Part shown: piece by piece, positions 24,677-39,223 of the stretch | Layout of the letters: each line of letters starts with the position of its first letter | How positions within the stretch are numbered: the first letter of the stretch is position 1 | Assembly (NCBI GenBank): GCA_016748015.1 | Contig: JAAOMT010000703.1 | Location: 618,255 to 682,254 of the forward strand | DNA length: 64,000 nt | Source of the DNA: Geosiphon pyriformis uo1 | Taxonomy: Eukaryota > Fungi > Glomeromycota | Direction: 5' to 3' | Translations under genes and position numbers: made by a program | The notes under the pieces: model-generated | The model's input: only the letters and a program-made list of their open reading frames with translations | What the model was told of the DNA's origin: nothing | Database searches by the model: none

Positions 24677-25384
24677 ATGATTATTCTCTGAAATATTCAA
24701 CAAATATCCCAAAAGTTAATGTTAGCCTTGAAAACATTTCTTGACTTATCCATAATGATTAATAGAAGTTAAATTAATTACATTCAGAAAGAAATCACAG
24801 CCCCAATAGCAAATCATTCACAGAACTATCATCTCTATAGAAGAAAAACAAGAAGCCACTCTGAAAATAAATTACCAAGACTTTTGAAGCAAGCACTAGA
24901 AGAAAATTTTTTAATTGCCCCTATGGACATTCCACCAAATACTACAATGCAACAAAAATTTTTACTACTTTTCAATGAACAGAACAATGAACACACCCTT
25001 ATCTATAAATACTTTCACATTGGAAAGACATTTTATGAACAAAAACTGAAACTTGAAGCAACAAATCTCACTCCTAAAGCTATACAAAAACAAATCTACA
25101 ATGAATTCAAAACAGCAACTGGACCAACAAACACTCACTACAAACTTAGAGCAGCTTTTAGACTCTATGATTTGTTTAATACTTGTGAAAATGTTCTACA
25201 AAATCCAATACTGCAACCAATGAAAGTCCAATACATTGGCAAACTCACAGAACTGAAATTTCAACAATTTTCAGATCAGATTACTTCAATTATTTTGGAT
25301 CACTATCTCAATATTACAAATAGTGCTTGGACTTCAATGGAGCTCAGTCTTGAGGAGAAGATTATGTTACCAGTAGAATTTTAG
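24677..25384 (+). pseudogene. C2 ORF3, unknown function
   Basis: 708 nt, same length and frame as C1 38516-39223; reads through the PPT into the LTR. Confidence 0.8.
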
Positions 25385-26334
25385 CTATTAATTAGCATGA
25401 AATTACTCTTATAATTCCTATAATTAATTAATATATTAATATCATTTCAAATTATCATTTATTATTTAATTAATTATTACATATCATGATTCAATTAAAA
25501 TAATCTAATTAGTATAACAAAAAGTAGGATGATCAAATTACACAATACTCTGAACTTTGTAACATTCTAAAATTCGCTGAAATTTATAAGAAATTCGCCG
25601 AAATTTATAGAAATTCACCGAAATTATGAATAGTTCAGCAAAATAACTTGTAGTTCATCAAAATGTATCTTTAGTTTGCCAAAATTTGAGCAAAAAGAAA
25701 AAGTGCAAGTTCATAGACTAGTACTACAACAAGTTGTATAAAAGAAAAGCTTTTTTCTTCAAAAAAATGTATCTTACTTTAGATTTATTACTTAGAACCA
25801 TTCCTACACACACAAAAAGAAATAAATATCAAATAATTCAAAAAACCAAATTCTTTAATTATTGCACTTGAAAAATTCTCAAAACTCAACTAACATTTTG
25901 AAATTGATTAACTACCAATTTCAGTAAACTGTTAATGACTCCAAGTCTGAATAGAAAACGTTTCCCTTGATAAAATCCTATTTCTTTTACATTTCTTTTA
26001 TTTTTCTTTCTTTTCTTATTACAATCATTAAGGTAACTTACAGACAAAATTTCTGTAGAAGAGTTAACTTTCACAGCAAAGTAACTACACATTTTTAGTG
26101 AGCTTTTAGATGAGCAATTCTTGAGAAAGAGTTAACATTTACTATAATGTAACTACATAAAGTAACTGGCAAGGAATTGGCCATTCCACTTATAAGCCCA
26201 GCAGTTCAAATTATAGGAGATAATTTGAAAATAAATTCAGTTATTGGAGGTTTAACTACTTCTAGAAAACGTGAATTTGCAACCAACAGATAGTTACAAC
26301 ATTCAAGAAAAGAGACCAAAAACCTTTGGTAACA
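25365..26334 (+). repeat. C2 3' LTR (970 bp)
   Basis: Preceded by PPT gaggagaaga; matches the 5' LTR. Confidence 0.95.
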
Positions 26335-26338
26335 ACGG

Positions 26339-29300
26339 TGATTATTTTGAAAGATTTAAATCATGATTGCCAATGCCATCAGGATTCTGATCACCACTAC
26401 CACAGCCAGATTTCAGAACCACAAGTTCCTGGAAATTAACAGAATCGGAAGAAAAACAGGAAGAAGAAGAAAAAGAATCTAAAGATCAAGAATTTACTTA
26501 CCAGAACCCAATCCCAGAAAACCCAGAAATTGAAACTCCGAATTTTCAAATGCAGCACAATCAGAATGATCAAAACTCCAACATTAATAATCAACAACAC
26601 TTACCTTCAGTAATCATGATCAATCCACCCCCAGCTCCACCAATTGACAAACAGCAACAACAGTCACTTCAACCATCTCAACTACCACAGCAGCCATTTC
26701 TACAGCCACAACAACAACTTCAACAACCAAACTTGTATTCAATGGTCTATGCTCCAATAGCAAAACTCGAGAAATTTACCAGTGAAGAGGACAATGCCCA
26801 AGTATGGCTTAATGACATAGAAAAAGCCATAGCAGCTAATGAATAGAATGATGCCAGAGCCATGTAAGCCATCCCATATTTTCTCCAGGATACTGTTAAT
26901 TCATGGTACCAAAGTCTGGTCAACAAACCCCAAGATTTCAATGCATTCAAAATAGAGTTCTTAAAATACTTCAGCAACAATAACAGCATTAACAGGTTAG
27001 CAAACACCTTTACTACTATTAAACAAGAAAAAAATGAAGCAGTCACTACTTACTTAGGACATTTCCATAGGAATCTGCACCAGATCCAAGCCATTGACCC
27101 CAATTATTTCACAGTAGCCCAGATTCTAAATTAGTTTATTTGTGGATTATGCAGTAGCATCCTACAATGCATACATCCAATGCATCCTATCAATCTGCAA
27201 ACAGCCGTCACAAATGCCAGAGATTTTGAAACCACTGAACTCGAAGCTAACTACACCTAAGCCATTAATCTAGTAATGAATGGATCATTTGAATTGGATT
27301 CCAAACTGAAACAATTTAGTAATTCCATCAATCAGAAATTAGAAAGATACTTAGCTGACAATTGTGCAATTTATCAATCACTACAACAATGCAATAATTC
27401 CAGAAATGCAAATCATTTCCAGAATCAGTCACGTCTATTATTGTTGACCAATCAACAGTGACAACAGAAAATACATGTTTGCCACTATTGTGATAAACAA
27501 GAACACCTATAAATCAATTGCCACCATCACTTAAATAACCAATGATTGGGAAATCAATATCAAAATCCTGATTGCCAGTTTCAAATTCCGAATAACCCAT
27601 TAAACTCCAAACCATATCATCAAAATTACTTACCTATGACACAGCAGACACCTTATCAACCACCAGTATATCAAATGCTGATTTATTAACCGACAACACC
27701 AGTAATTTATTAGCCACAGCCACAACCCATTTATCAGCTGCAGTTTTAGGTAATATATCAGCCCCAACAAATTCAAACACTGCCACAAAACTTACTTCAA
27801 AACAGAACCCAAAGACCAAGATTGACCCAACAAAGCTGAAAATCATCGATGGTAGTCCACCAACCAATCCCCAGTTCTTCCACACAACCAGGAGAATTTT
27901 GACAATGGAATTTGGGCACTGGGTACACCCAAAACCCGAATTCCCAGAACTATTTAAGTCTCCTGGTTACCCCAAAAGACACTACTTTGAACAAACTAGA
28001 ACCAAATCAACCAGCAAAACCTACCTACAACATCCCACCAACAACCATTACTGAAGATAAATCCCTAGCTGCCATCTTTCTCTTTGAACTCAAGGAAACC
28101 ACAATAGTACTACTGTTCAGTGGAACCGCTCTAAAAAAAACCCCATTACGGCTATGTACATTAATGCCAAAGTTGATGATCAGTCTATCAAACTGATCTT
28201 GGACAGTGGATCAGCTGGCAGCATCATCACAAGACAACTCATAGACCAATTAGGTCACCGGATTGATTAAGCTGCCAGCACATACATCATCACAGCTGAT
28301 AGAGTGACCAAAACTCCAATTGGCAAAATTGATAACTTCCCGATTGAGATCAATGGCATCATGATACTCATCAAAGTCCTTGTGATAGAAGCCACTCAGT
28401 ACTAAGCACTAGTTGGTAATAACTGGCTCACCAAAACAAATGTCATCCTTGATTGGACTACTCAGAAGTTGCAGTTCAGCCAAAACAGCCAACACACAAG
28501 GGTACCAGCAATGTGTGGCCATTTCAAACCCAGCAGCATTATGCCAGTCCCACTAATCAAGTTTAAGGAAGAGGAAAGGAAACCAACATGGGAGACATAT
28601 CAAGTCTCATGGGCTGACAAAAACCACAACAAGCTGCCACCAATACTATTATGGGATGACAATGGAAAGAAAAAACAAAGAGAAGAACTTACCTAAGAGA
28701 CTGATGATCTGACCTAGACCAACAATAACAAAAATGAGCTGACACCAAACTGGGAATAGAAAAAAGAAAACAATAAAGGAAAGAAAAAAGAGAAAAAAGA
28801 AGAAACAACAACCATCAACACCATTTCTTCTAACTTCTACACTTACATTATACCACCATGATCTACCTATCATCGACCAAAACTTATATGCATTGATTGT
28901 GGCAAGAAATTGTCGTCAATAGATACATGTTGTGGTGACGACGAGGAATATGCAACAGCAACCAAATTCTATTGCCATACATGTGTCATAGAAAGGTTTG
29001 GACGACCAAAGAGGCAAAGAAAATGAGACAACTAACCTTGTCTCACTTGTGAAAAAACTCTCTTGGATGAAGGAATGTGGAATGACATTCCAGAGTGAGG
29101 AGGAATGTGTAACAAATCGTGCCAATACACGATTCTAATTAGCGACTGGATAAGAAAAGGGACACTAATAGAAGCAGCCTGGAGAAGAGCAGTACAATGC
29201 TTGAACAGTTGTCCACATGATGATGACAAGATCTGGCGAATAGCACTTGCAAAAATAAAAGAAGTGACATCCGAAGAAATTAGGGAGATCAAAAACAGCC

Positions 29301-31986
29301 CACTGGAACCTATAGAACTCGACTGGAATGAAGAATCAACCATAAATTTTCTGGAACCAGAAGAATTTCATGAACACTATCAAACTTTGGCATCCACAAA
29401 AGAAGAACAAGAAGAGCATTTAGCACAGTTAAACACTTGATTATGTGACCACTGTTTGGTTTCATGTGACTTTCAATATTGTAATAAGTGTGACCTCATT
29501 TACAATCCACTACTGCACATGATCTACACAATTCCAGAGAAAGAAGAACCAATCAGCAGCTGCACATCAGAATTGGAATCAATGTTCAATTCCAATTCAA
29601 ACTTTAACAACAACAATGATAAAAACAATGGTTTCAGCTCCACTTCAAATAGCAACAAAAATTATAATGATTCAAACTCCAATTCAAATCCTGAAACATT
29701 TATTGTACTTCTTGATCTTTCAAAGAAACAGAAACTCAAATGGGTATAGTGATAATAATGAAGATATCATGCCAGAACACATATATGATACTGATGCAGG
29801 GTTTGATCTGAGATATTCAGGAAAAAAAGCCATCAAATTGGAACCAAATTCACGCATATGTATTGATCTCAAAATAGCTCTGGAAATTCCAGCAACAACC
29901 ATGGTCCAATTAGCATCTAGGAGTAGTTTAGCAAAAAAAAGAATCAACATCAGAGGAGGAATAATTGATGCGAAATACGTAGAAAATATCATTGTCATGC
30001 TACAAAATGACTCAGAAAAGACCTATATTATAGAACTAAATAAAAAGATAGCACAGGCAATATTCTTACCTCTGGTGAAAATAGCTCAGTTAGTTTCAGT
30101 AGGAAAGAGAGAAAAATTAGGTATAACAGCAACAGAAATTTGGATCAACAGGTAGAATAGATATATCAGTTAATATGGCAGAAGAAAAAATTGTTGACAA
30201 AGAAGAAATTATCTCAACTCATCAAACAATTTTCATTCCGCCATATGACCAGTATATGTTAGCCATAAAAAGAGAAGTAAGAGATCAAGCTCAATTGTTT
30301 GAAGCAAAAGCCACTATTTGTAAATTAGAAGAGATTGGACTCATTAATTTCTACATATCAGCCAAGAGCTCCAAAAACATCAAAATCCTCATATATAACA
30401 CAACGGGAAAAGTCATCAAAATACCAAAGAGAACTATCATTGAATATTTAACCACTGAAGTTGAGGATCAACCACTAAACCACATTCCAGATTTTCCACA
30501 GCTTTGTGAATATGTGGACATTACATCACAAACCATTTATGGAAGAAGTGAATGTTATCTGCTCCAACCAGAACAATTAAAACAGATAAACATGAGGAAT
30601 CTAGATCCATTTCAACAAATACAATTAAAGATATTACTCAGAAATTTTAATGACATCTTTGCCAGTGAAAATGAATTTGGCCACACCAACATCATCCAGC
30701 ATCAAATCAAGACTGGAGATGCAATGCTAATTAAACAATGAGCATACAGAGTATCACCAGCTAGCCATAAAATCATTTGTCAAGAAATCAACCAGATGCT
30801 TAACAATGGGCTAATTCAGTCATCAATGAATTCATGGTTGTCACCAGTAGTACTAGTCCATAAAAAAAATAGAAAAATCCATTTTTGTATAGACTACTGA
30901 AAACTGAATGGAGTAACTAAAGATGATAGCTATTCAACTCCAAAGATCCAAGAACTATATGATGCTTTTGGAGGAAATAAATGGTTCTCAACACTAGATT
31001 TAAATAGTAATTACTGGCAAGTAGCCATGGATCCAGCTGACAAAAAAAAAACAGTGTTCACCACAAGAGAAGAAAATTTTGAGTTTGAAGTCATACCATT
31101 TGGCTTGATGAATGCTCCAGCAACATTCCAACAGCTCATGGAAATTGTCTATATTAGATTACTATGGAAATTAGTAGTTATGTACTTGGATAACACCAAT
31201 GTGTTCTCAAAAACATTCGATGATCATTTGCATTATCTCCAACAAGTGTTTGAAAGATTGAGAAGAGCAGAATTGAAACTAAATGCAACCAAATGTTTCT
31301 TTGAAAAAACTGAATTCAAGTTTTTGGGACATGTAGTAAGCAAAGATGGAATCAAAACGGATCCAGACAAGATTAAAGTAGTTAAGAACTTTTCAGTACC
31401 AACTAACTTGACAGAACTAAGAGCATTTTTAGGTTTTACAGACTATTATTGCCATTTTATTAAAGACTTTTCAAAACTGGCTTAGCCATTTCACCATCTA
31501 TAGACCAAGAATGTAAAATATGAATGGACTGAAGCTCAACAAGAAGCATTTGACACATTAAGAAGAAAGCTTATCCAAGCTTCAGTATTGATGTATCCAG
31601 ATCACAGCAAACCATTTATAATTACCACTGATGTATCAGGTCAAGCATTGGAAGCAGTACTATCACAAAAAAGATCAGATGAAAGAGAACATCCAGTAGC
31701 TTATGCCAGTAGAAGCTTAAGTCCAGCTGAGAAGAACTATGGAACTCCAGCACTAGAACACTTAGCTATCTATTAGGCTGTCATCAAATAGAAGAAATAC
31801 TTGAGTCAAAAGTTTAAAGTATACACTGATTATAAAGAATTGACTTCAATCCAGAAACAAAAATTTGCAGATAACCACTATATCAGATGAAAAATAGAAC
31901 TTTCACTATTCAATTATACAGTACATTATAAAAAGAGAAAAGACAATTGAAATGCCGATGGACTGTTACAAATAAGACAAATCTAA
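26339..31986 (+). pseudogene. D Gag-PR-Cys-dUTPase-RT-RNaseH, 3' part
   Basis: YAPIAKLEKF, CHYC..H, LILDSGSAG, AGFDL/ASRSSL/GGIID/KIAQ, YLDN. Confidence 0.9.
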
Positions 31987-32016
31987 AAACATTTCAACCC
32001 AAAAATATAACAAAAG

Positions 32017-33393
32017 ATGAACACACAAAAATACCAACAACTTCAACATTATATAAATACTCAATTGTTCAAGGAGAAATTATCTCAAAAGGAACAAAAC
32101 AATATAAAACAACAATCAAAATATTTTATCAATTATCAAAATATACTCTACTAGAAGAACAGAAAAAATCTAGATCAACCAATTAGAGTAATCACAGAAC
32201 CAGAGAAAGAGACAATATTATTCAACATGTATTCAGATCCAACAGCAGGACATTTTTATAAAAAAGCAACTATAGAAAAAACCAGAAAAAGATATTATTG
32301 GCCATCAATATATCCAGATATTATCTAATATGTTCAAAATTATAATGCTTGTCAAAGAAGAAAAGGAACAAGATCAAGTGAATCATTAAGACCAATCAAA
32401 GTAAGACAACTATTTGATTGCATTAGAATTGACTTAGTCAGACTATTAACAATCACCAGTAAAGGCAACAGATATATTGCAGTAGCCATGAACTATCTCA
32501 CAAAATGGCCAGAAGCAAAAGCCATTCAAAGAGCAGATGCAGAATCTGTTGCCAAATTCGTCCATCAAGATTTGATATGTTGACATGGATGTCCAAAAAA
32601 ACTACTATCAGATCAAGAAACTCATTTTGTAAATAGAACATTAACAGAATTAAGTCAGAGATTTGGGATAAAAAGACCATTATCGTTACCATATCATCCA
32701 CAAACAAATGGACTAGTCAAAAAATTTAATAGAACACTATGTAAAGCAATTGCCAAAATCAGTCAAGAAAACCAAGATGAATGGGATTTGTTTATACTAT
32801 TAGTATTATTTGCTTATTGGACAATAAAACAAGATACTACACAAGCAACACTATTTGAATTGGTATATGGTAGGACAGCAACATTACCAGTTAAGAGAGA
32901 GGTCAGCACATATCCAACTGAACCAATAACAGAAGCTAATTTCCAAGAAACATTGTTGAGAAGAACATATGACCTAATGGAAACACTAGAAAACAGATGA
33001 CGAAAAGCAGCTGATAATATTCAAAAGTCTCAAGAAAAGCAAAAAAAATGACATGATAACTAATTATTAGATAAACCAGTTGAATTCAAGATTGGAGACA
33101 AAGTACTTTTACATCATACCAAAGTAGAAAAACAATGAAGTGAAAATTTTGATTCCAAATGGAATGGACCATTTTACATAGAAGAAATTCTTGAAAATAG
33201 AGCTTATAAACTAAGATAAAACAACAAAACCTTAGCCAAAGCAGCACATAGTGATTAACTCAAACCATATCACCAAATAACATTATCATCTACCAATAAT
33301 ATTTCACAATTAGGAGTACAACAAATACTAGTTCAACCAAATAAGATTTTATGAGATCTGAAACCAATTATAATCATTGAACCAAACATGTAA
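32017..33393 (+). pseudogene. D integrase, separate ORF
   Basis: ATG 30 nt after the ORF1 stop; DDE-region motifs; tail DLKPIIIIE. Confidence 0.87.
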
Positions 33394-33453
33394 AATCAAA
33401 CAATAAAAAAGTATATAAAGACACAGTATACATGACAAAGGCAACCAAGAAAA

Positions 33454-34080
33454 ATGGAAATACCAGATCATATTCACATCATAGCTCAACAATTATTTCA
33501 GGCCTTAAGTTAACAATTTTTAAACATGGAAATTATTGTTAACAACCAAACAATTTGCTATTGAAATACCAAAAGAAAAACAAAGAATACACCATATCAA
33601 CGGTTACCAAAAAATGATAAAAACTGGTCAAACAACATAATAAAAAAAGTAAAAAACACTTTTGGAAAAATGGCACCAACAGAAGAACTTACAAAAGAGA
33701 ATTGGAAGCAATGGACAGAACAACTTCCAATATTATACTGTTACTACCAGCTAGGCCGAAAGTTAAATATTCAGGAGTTGTATATCAACAAATCCAAGAG
33801 AATATTTAACCAAAACATAATACAGCAAATTGAAGAATTTATTGGAAAAAAAATGAACTTAACACTACATGTAAGAACAATTTATTGACTGCACAACATA
33901 TTTCAGAACTATCCAGAAATACTGTTACACTCTGACATGAAAACCATAACCATTAATCAATGGAGAAAAATGAACAATACACAAGTAGAAAATGTGAAGA
34001 ACAAAGTTGAACAAACAATACTTGAAAAGAAAGTATTAGAATTAATTCAAAATGAAGATTTTGATGGAGCTCAATATTAA
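33454..34080 (+). pseudogene. D ORF3, unknown function
   Basis: MEIPDHIHIIAQQLFQAL...EDFDGAQY*; N-terminus resembles B and C ORF3. Confidence 0.72.
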
Positions 34081-34093
34081 AAAGAGGAGATAA

Positions 34094-34960
34094 TGTTACT
34101 CATAAAAAGAAAACAGATATAGAAAATAGCAGACCAATAAGAGAATAGTATTTAGCATGTGAGCACATTGCTCAGCAATATAGAGCAATATCAGAAATTA
34201 TGGCACATTGTTTAGCAATGTAGAGCAATGTCAGAAAACATGACACATTGTTCAGCAATGTAAGTATTGCTTAGCAATATGAGCATTGCTCAAGAAATCA
34301 TAGCACATCGCTTGGAAATGTGAGCAATTTCATAGAACATCAATTATGTATATATAGCAATAGCATTAGAAGTAGAAAAAGCAGAATCCTTTAGTTAGAA
34401 ATCTTCCATCCACAAATATTAAATAAATAAATCATCTACTATTCAAATTCACTCTCCACTATCAACACTTCATGTTGATAGTAATTGATACTTAACTACA
34501 CTGGAACAATAGCTCTTGATTATGGTTATTGACAAGATACTAACTTGTATATTGTCTTGACTTTTTTTTTTATTTTTTTTTATTTTTCTTTTGTTTTTTT
34601 ATTTTTCTTGTTGAATACTAACTGATTAAGGATTAAAGTGCTAAGTAATTGACATCACAGATAGTCTGGTAAAAGACCCAGAAATAAGGGTAAAATTATA
34701 TATATATTATTAGATAGCTTACCAAAAAAGCACAAATGCCAGAATAAATCTGGCCACCAAGCTAAGAAAGAAATTGGGAAAACAACTTGAGAATACAACC
34801 ACCATCAATCTTAAAAGATCTCTGTCCATTATACAAAGAACTTAACTCTAAAACCTTTAGATACAATTAACATACTAGTATTACCAGCCTTATCAAGATA
34901 TTGAGCACCAAATTACGGATTTGTTATTTGATTTAAGACCCCAAATAATCATCTGTAACA
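34094..34960 (+). repeat. D 3' LTR (867 bp)
   Basis: PPT aaaagaggaga-taa, then tgttact...tgtaaca. Confidence 0.94.
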
Positions 34961-37900
34961 ATGCTAAAAAGATTGCCCAAGCAATTTACCTATCCTTAAT
35001 CAACATTTCAGGTCTACAATCAGTCAACAACAGAGAACAATTGGGAAAAAGTGAAAGAGGAATGCAAGGTTTTGGTTTAATTGGATGATTTACAGTATCA
35101 GTAAACATAGCTCTTAATACACAGAATAAATCTTACCAGATTCTTCAACTTCCCCAACCAATTACCATTTTATCTTTTGGTGAACATCACGAAATTTACA
35201 CTTGCTCAAAACCCACTACTACCTAACAAATCTTTAAATTCAATGAACAAATCTGTTTAAAGCATAAAATTTTAATCCCAAATGTTTATATTCTCAAAGG
35301 AATGAAAAAATTCCAAGTTATATTCTACAATTCCAATAATTACCCCATTGTTTTATTGAACAAACTAGAGATTAGAATCATACACAGTAACATCTTTCAA
35401 GATAAAAACCCTCAAATTGTCTCTAATTTCATCGAAATTATAAGACATACACTACTTTCAAATTCAAACATCATTTTTACTACTGAAAACTATCACCTGT
35501 TAAAAGAAAAACTCTCTTGAATTAACATAAGTCCCTTAGAACTCCAACAACAAAGACAATTGAAACAACTGATAGCTGAATTTGCAGATATATTTGCAAA
35601 AGACAACAATGACCTTGGAAAAACTAATATTGTTCAACATCAAATTCACACAGAAGATGCTCTACCAAAACAACAACAAGCCTATTGAGTTCTACCTGCT
35701 AACCACCAATTTATCAGAGAAAAGGTCCAAAAAATGCTCAATAATAGATTAATTCAACCATCAAGAAGTTTTTGGGCCTCACCAGTAGTTTTTGTCAAAA
35801 AGAAAAACAGAAAAATCAGATTTTGTGTTGACTATTAACAACTAAACAGTGTCACAATTAGAGATGCCTATCCTCTACCAAGAATTGATGACATATTAGA
35901 TGCTTTAGGAAAAGCCAAGTTTTTCTCAACTTTAGACTTAGAAAGTGGATACTGATAAGTCGAAATGGATCCAAAAGATCAACTCAAAACAGCATTTACC
36001 ACTCAAGGAGAAAACTATAAGTTCAATGTTATGCTTTTTGGACTCTGCAATGCACCAGCAACATTCCAATAACTCATGGATGTTATATATAAAGAACTCT
36101 TATAGCAAATCAGTAATTGTTTATCTTGATGACACTGATGTTTACTCACCAAACTTTGAAGCCCATCTTATTCACCTGTGAGAAGCTTTTCAATGATTAC
36201 GGAAAGCAGGATTAAAGTTAAACATTAAGAAATATTACTTTGGAAAAACAAGCCTAATTTTTCTTGGACACATTGTTAGCAAAAAAAGAGTCAAACCAAA
36301 CCCTAGAACAATCAGTGCTGTCAAGAACTTTCAAACTTCCAAAAATACCATAGAGCTATGAGGATTTGTAAGATTAGCCTTTTGCTATAAAAAATTCATA
36401 AAAAGATTCTCAGAAATTGCCAAACCACTCAACTATCTTACCAACAAAAACGTGCCATATTAATGAACTGAAAAACAACAAAAAGCTTTTAAAACTCTCA
36501 AAACAAAATTGACAACAGCTCCAGTTTTTGCTTATCCAGACTTTAACAAACAGTTTCAACTAGCTACTAATGCTTTACACATAGCTTTTGGTGTCATTCT
36601 ATCACAATTAGATAAAAATGGCCAGAAACAAGTCATTGCCTATGCCAGCAGAACACTCAAGCCAACAGAACTCAAATATGGCTCAACTGAATTAAAAGCT
36701 GCCACAGTCATTTGGGCTCTTAAACATTTTCAACAATATCTGAGGAATGGAAAAGAATTTGATATCATAACTGACAATATTGGCCTTAAATAGCTCAATA
36801 AAAAGAAAACTGAACAAAGTGCCAAACAGTCTTGATGGAATAACTTTCTAGCAGACTACAAATATATTGTATACTACAAACCAGGAAAACTACACACCAA
36901 TGTTAATAGCCTCTCAAGAATAAGACAAAATTAATAATACCAACAAATTCACTACAACTTACCAACCTACTAACAAATAACAAAACAACAATAGATTTCA
37001 GAAATTACAACAATCTTAAAAACTATTTAAAGACTCTTATTATGCCAGAAAATTAGTTTTCAAGTGAAAAACATCGATTACAACACCAATTCAAACAATA
37101 TTTCATACACTATAACAAAATTTATTACAAAAATTGTAGAAATCCAAACCAGACTAATACAGAAAAATGAAAAAGAAACAATCCTATACAACATGCATAC
37201 AGATCTTTCTTTAGCATACTTAAGAAGAGATGGAACAATTCAAAGAACTTTTGAACATTATTTTTGGCCTCACATGCAAAAAGACATTCGAAAATATGTA
37301 GAATCTTGTGATAGTTGTTAAAGAAAAGAAGAAATTCATCTCACAGAACCTTTAAATCCAATCAAAGTTGGACAACCTTTTGACAGAGTTGGAATTGATT
37401 TAGTCAGACCATTATCTATCACAACCCAAGAAAATTGTTATATTGTAATAACAGTAGATTATCTCACCAAATGGCTTGAAGTTAGAGCCATTCAAAGAGC
37501 AAATGCAAAATCAGTAGCAAATTTCATCTATGAAGACATTATTTGTAGACATGGATGCTCAATTAAACTTTTATCTGATTAAAAAACACATTTTATGAAC
37601 AACTTGATACAAAAAATCTGTGAACAATTTAATGTCAAAAGACCTCTATTATTATCTTATTACCCTTAAACAAATGGACTTGTAGAATAGTTCAAAAGAA
37701 CATTGTGTGAATTTTTAGCCAAAGTCTCAACAGACTTTAAGCAGGAATGAGATATCTTTATTCCATTAGTGTTACTAGCATACAGAACACTAAAACAAAA
37801 TACTACAAAACACATACCATTTAATCTTACTTATGGAAGGACAGCAACATTACCAATTAATTTTACAGTGGAAACGTATCCAGTACAACCAATCAATGAA

Positions 37901-39223
37901 GAAAACTTCTAAGAAACACTCCAAAAAAGAGCCTACACTTTCCTTAGTACATTGGAAGGAAAAAGACATATAGCAGCCACTCATATTGAACATTCCCAAG
38001 CCCTACAAAAAGAAAGACATGACAGCAAACTGCCACCAGTTACCAACAAATTTAAAGTTGGAAATAAAGTTCTCTTATACAGAACTAAGGCTGAAAAACA
38101 ATGGAGTGGAAAATTTGAACATAAATGAGATGAACCATTTTATATTCACGAAATTCTAGACAATGGATTATACAAGTTAAGACTTGATGACAAAGTACTA
38201 ACAAAAGTTGCACATGGAGATTGATTGAAACAATTCTGAATCATTAATTCTACAAATTGGTACACATTCCCCTTTAATTGATCCTAAAGATATTCCCCAA
38301 AATTTAGAACCAATAATTATAATAGAACAACAACCAAACTTGAACACTTAATTTAACATTTTTTACAAACTCCTTTAAAATACACAAAACAAATCAAAAA
38401 TAGTAAATAATTAGAAGAAATATTCAAACCCAAAAACAAATAAAAAAACCCTATACCCAAAAATAATTTTTTTTATTCTTTTTCAAATTTTGTTTATTAG
38501 TTAGTCATTTTTATTATGATTATTCCTTGAAACATTCAACAAATATCCCAAAAATTAATGTTAGCTTTGAAAACACTTTCTGACTTATCCATAACGATTA
38601 ATGGAAGTTAAATTAATTACATTCAGAAAAAAACTACAGCAACAGTAGTAAATAATTCTCAGAATTATCACTTCTATAGAAAAAAAACAAAAAGTTCCTC
38701 TGGAAATCAATTACCAGAACTTTTGAAACAAGCACTAAAAGAAAACTTTTTATCTGCCCCTATTAATATTCCACCAAATACCACAATGCAACAAAAACTT
38801 CTACTATTTCTTAATGAACAGAACAATAAACATACTCTTATATATAGATATTTTCATATTGGAAAAACACTTTATGAATGAAAACTAGAACTGGAAACAA
38901 CCAACATTACTCTTGAGGCTATACAAAAACAAATTTACAATGAATTCAAGACAGCAACTGAACCAACAAACACTCATTACAAACTTAGAGCAGCATTTAG
39001 ATTCTATGATTTATTGAACACTTGTGAAAACATCCTACAAAACCCAATACTTTATCCAATGAAGATTCAATATATTAGAAAGCTTACAGAACTGAAATTT
39101 CAACAATTTTCAGATCAGACCACTTCAATTATCTTGGACCATTATTTTAACATCACAGATAGTGCTTGGACTTTGATGGAGCTCAGTCTGGAGGAGGAGA
39201 TTATGTTACCAGTAGAATTTTAA
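34961..39223 (+). pseudogene. C1 3' part: dUTPase end, RT-RH (stop 36934), IN (36991-38351), ORF3 (38516-39223)
   Basis: Collinear with C2 21133-25384. Confidence 0.9.

Larger units (their letters stand above)
15648..26334 (+). mobile_element. LTR retrotransposon C2, inserted in gag of D; contains solo LTR A
   Basis: LTRs 15648-16637 and 25365-26334; PBS at 16638; TSD atga(15644-15647)/acgg(26335-26338); host reading SYGDYFE is restored on removal. Confidence 0.94.
14911..34960 (+). mobile_element. LTR retrotransposon D, inserted in the C1 dUTPase and interrupted by C2
   Basis: 5' LTR end at 15071 plus PBS; gag 15134-15647 resumes at 26335-26339; ORF1 stop 31986; IN 32017-33393; ORF3 33454-34080; 3' LTR 34094-34960 followed by atgc and dUTPase motif 4 (AKKIAQ). 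Confidence 0.92.

Noticed and set aside
24677-25384. ORF3 as an env gene
   Set aside because: No signal peptide, fusion peptide or TM anchor seen; too short and hydrophilic
29580-29690. N/S-rich insert before the D dUTPase as a distinct domain
   Set aside because: Low-complexity linker expansion present only in D
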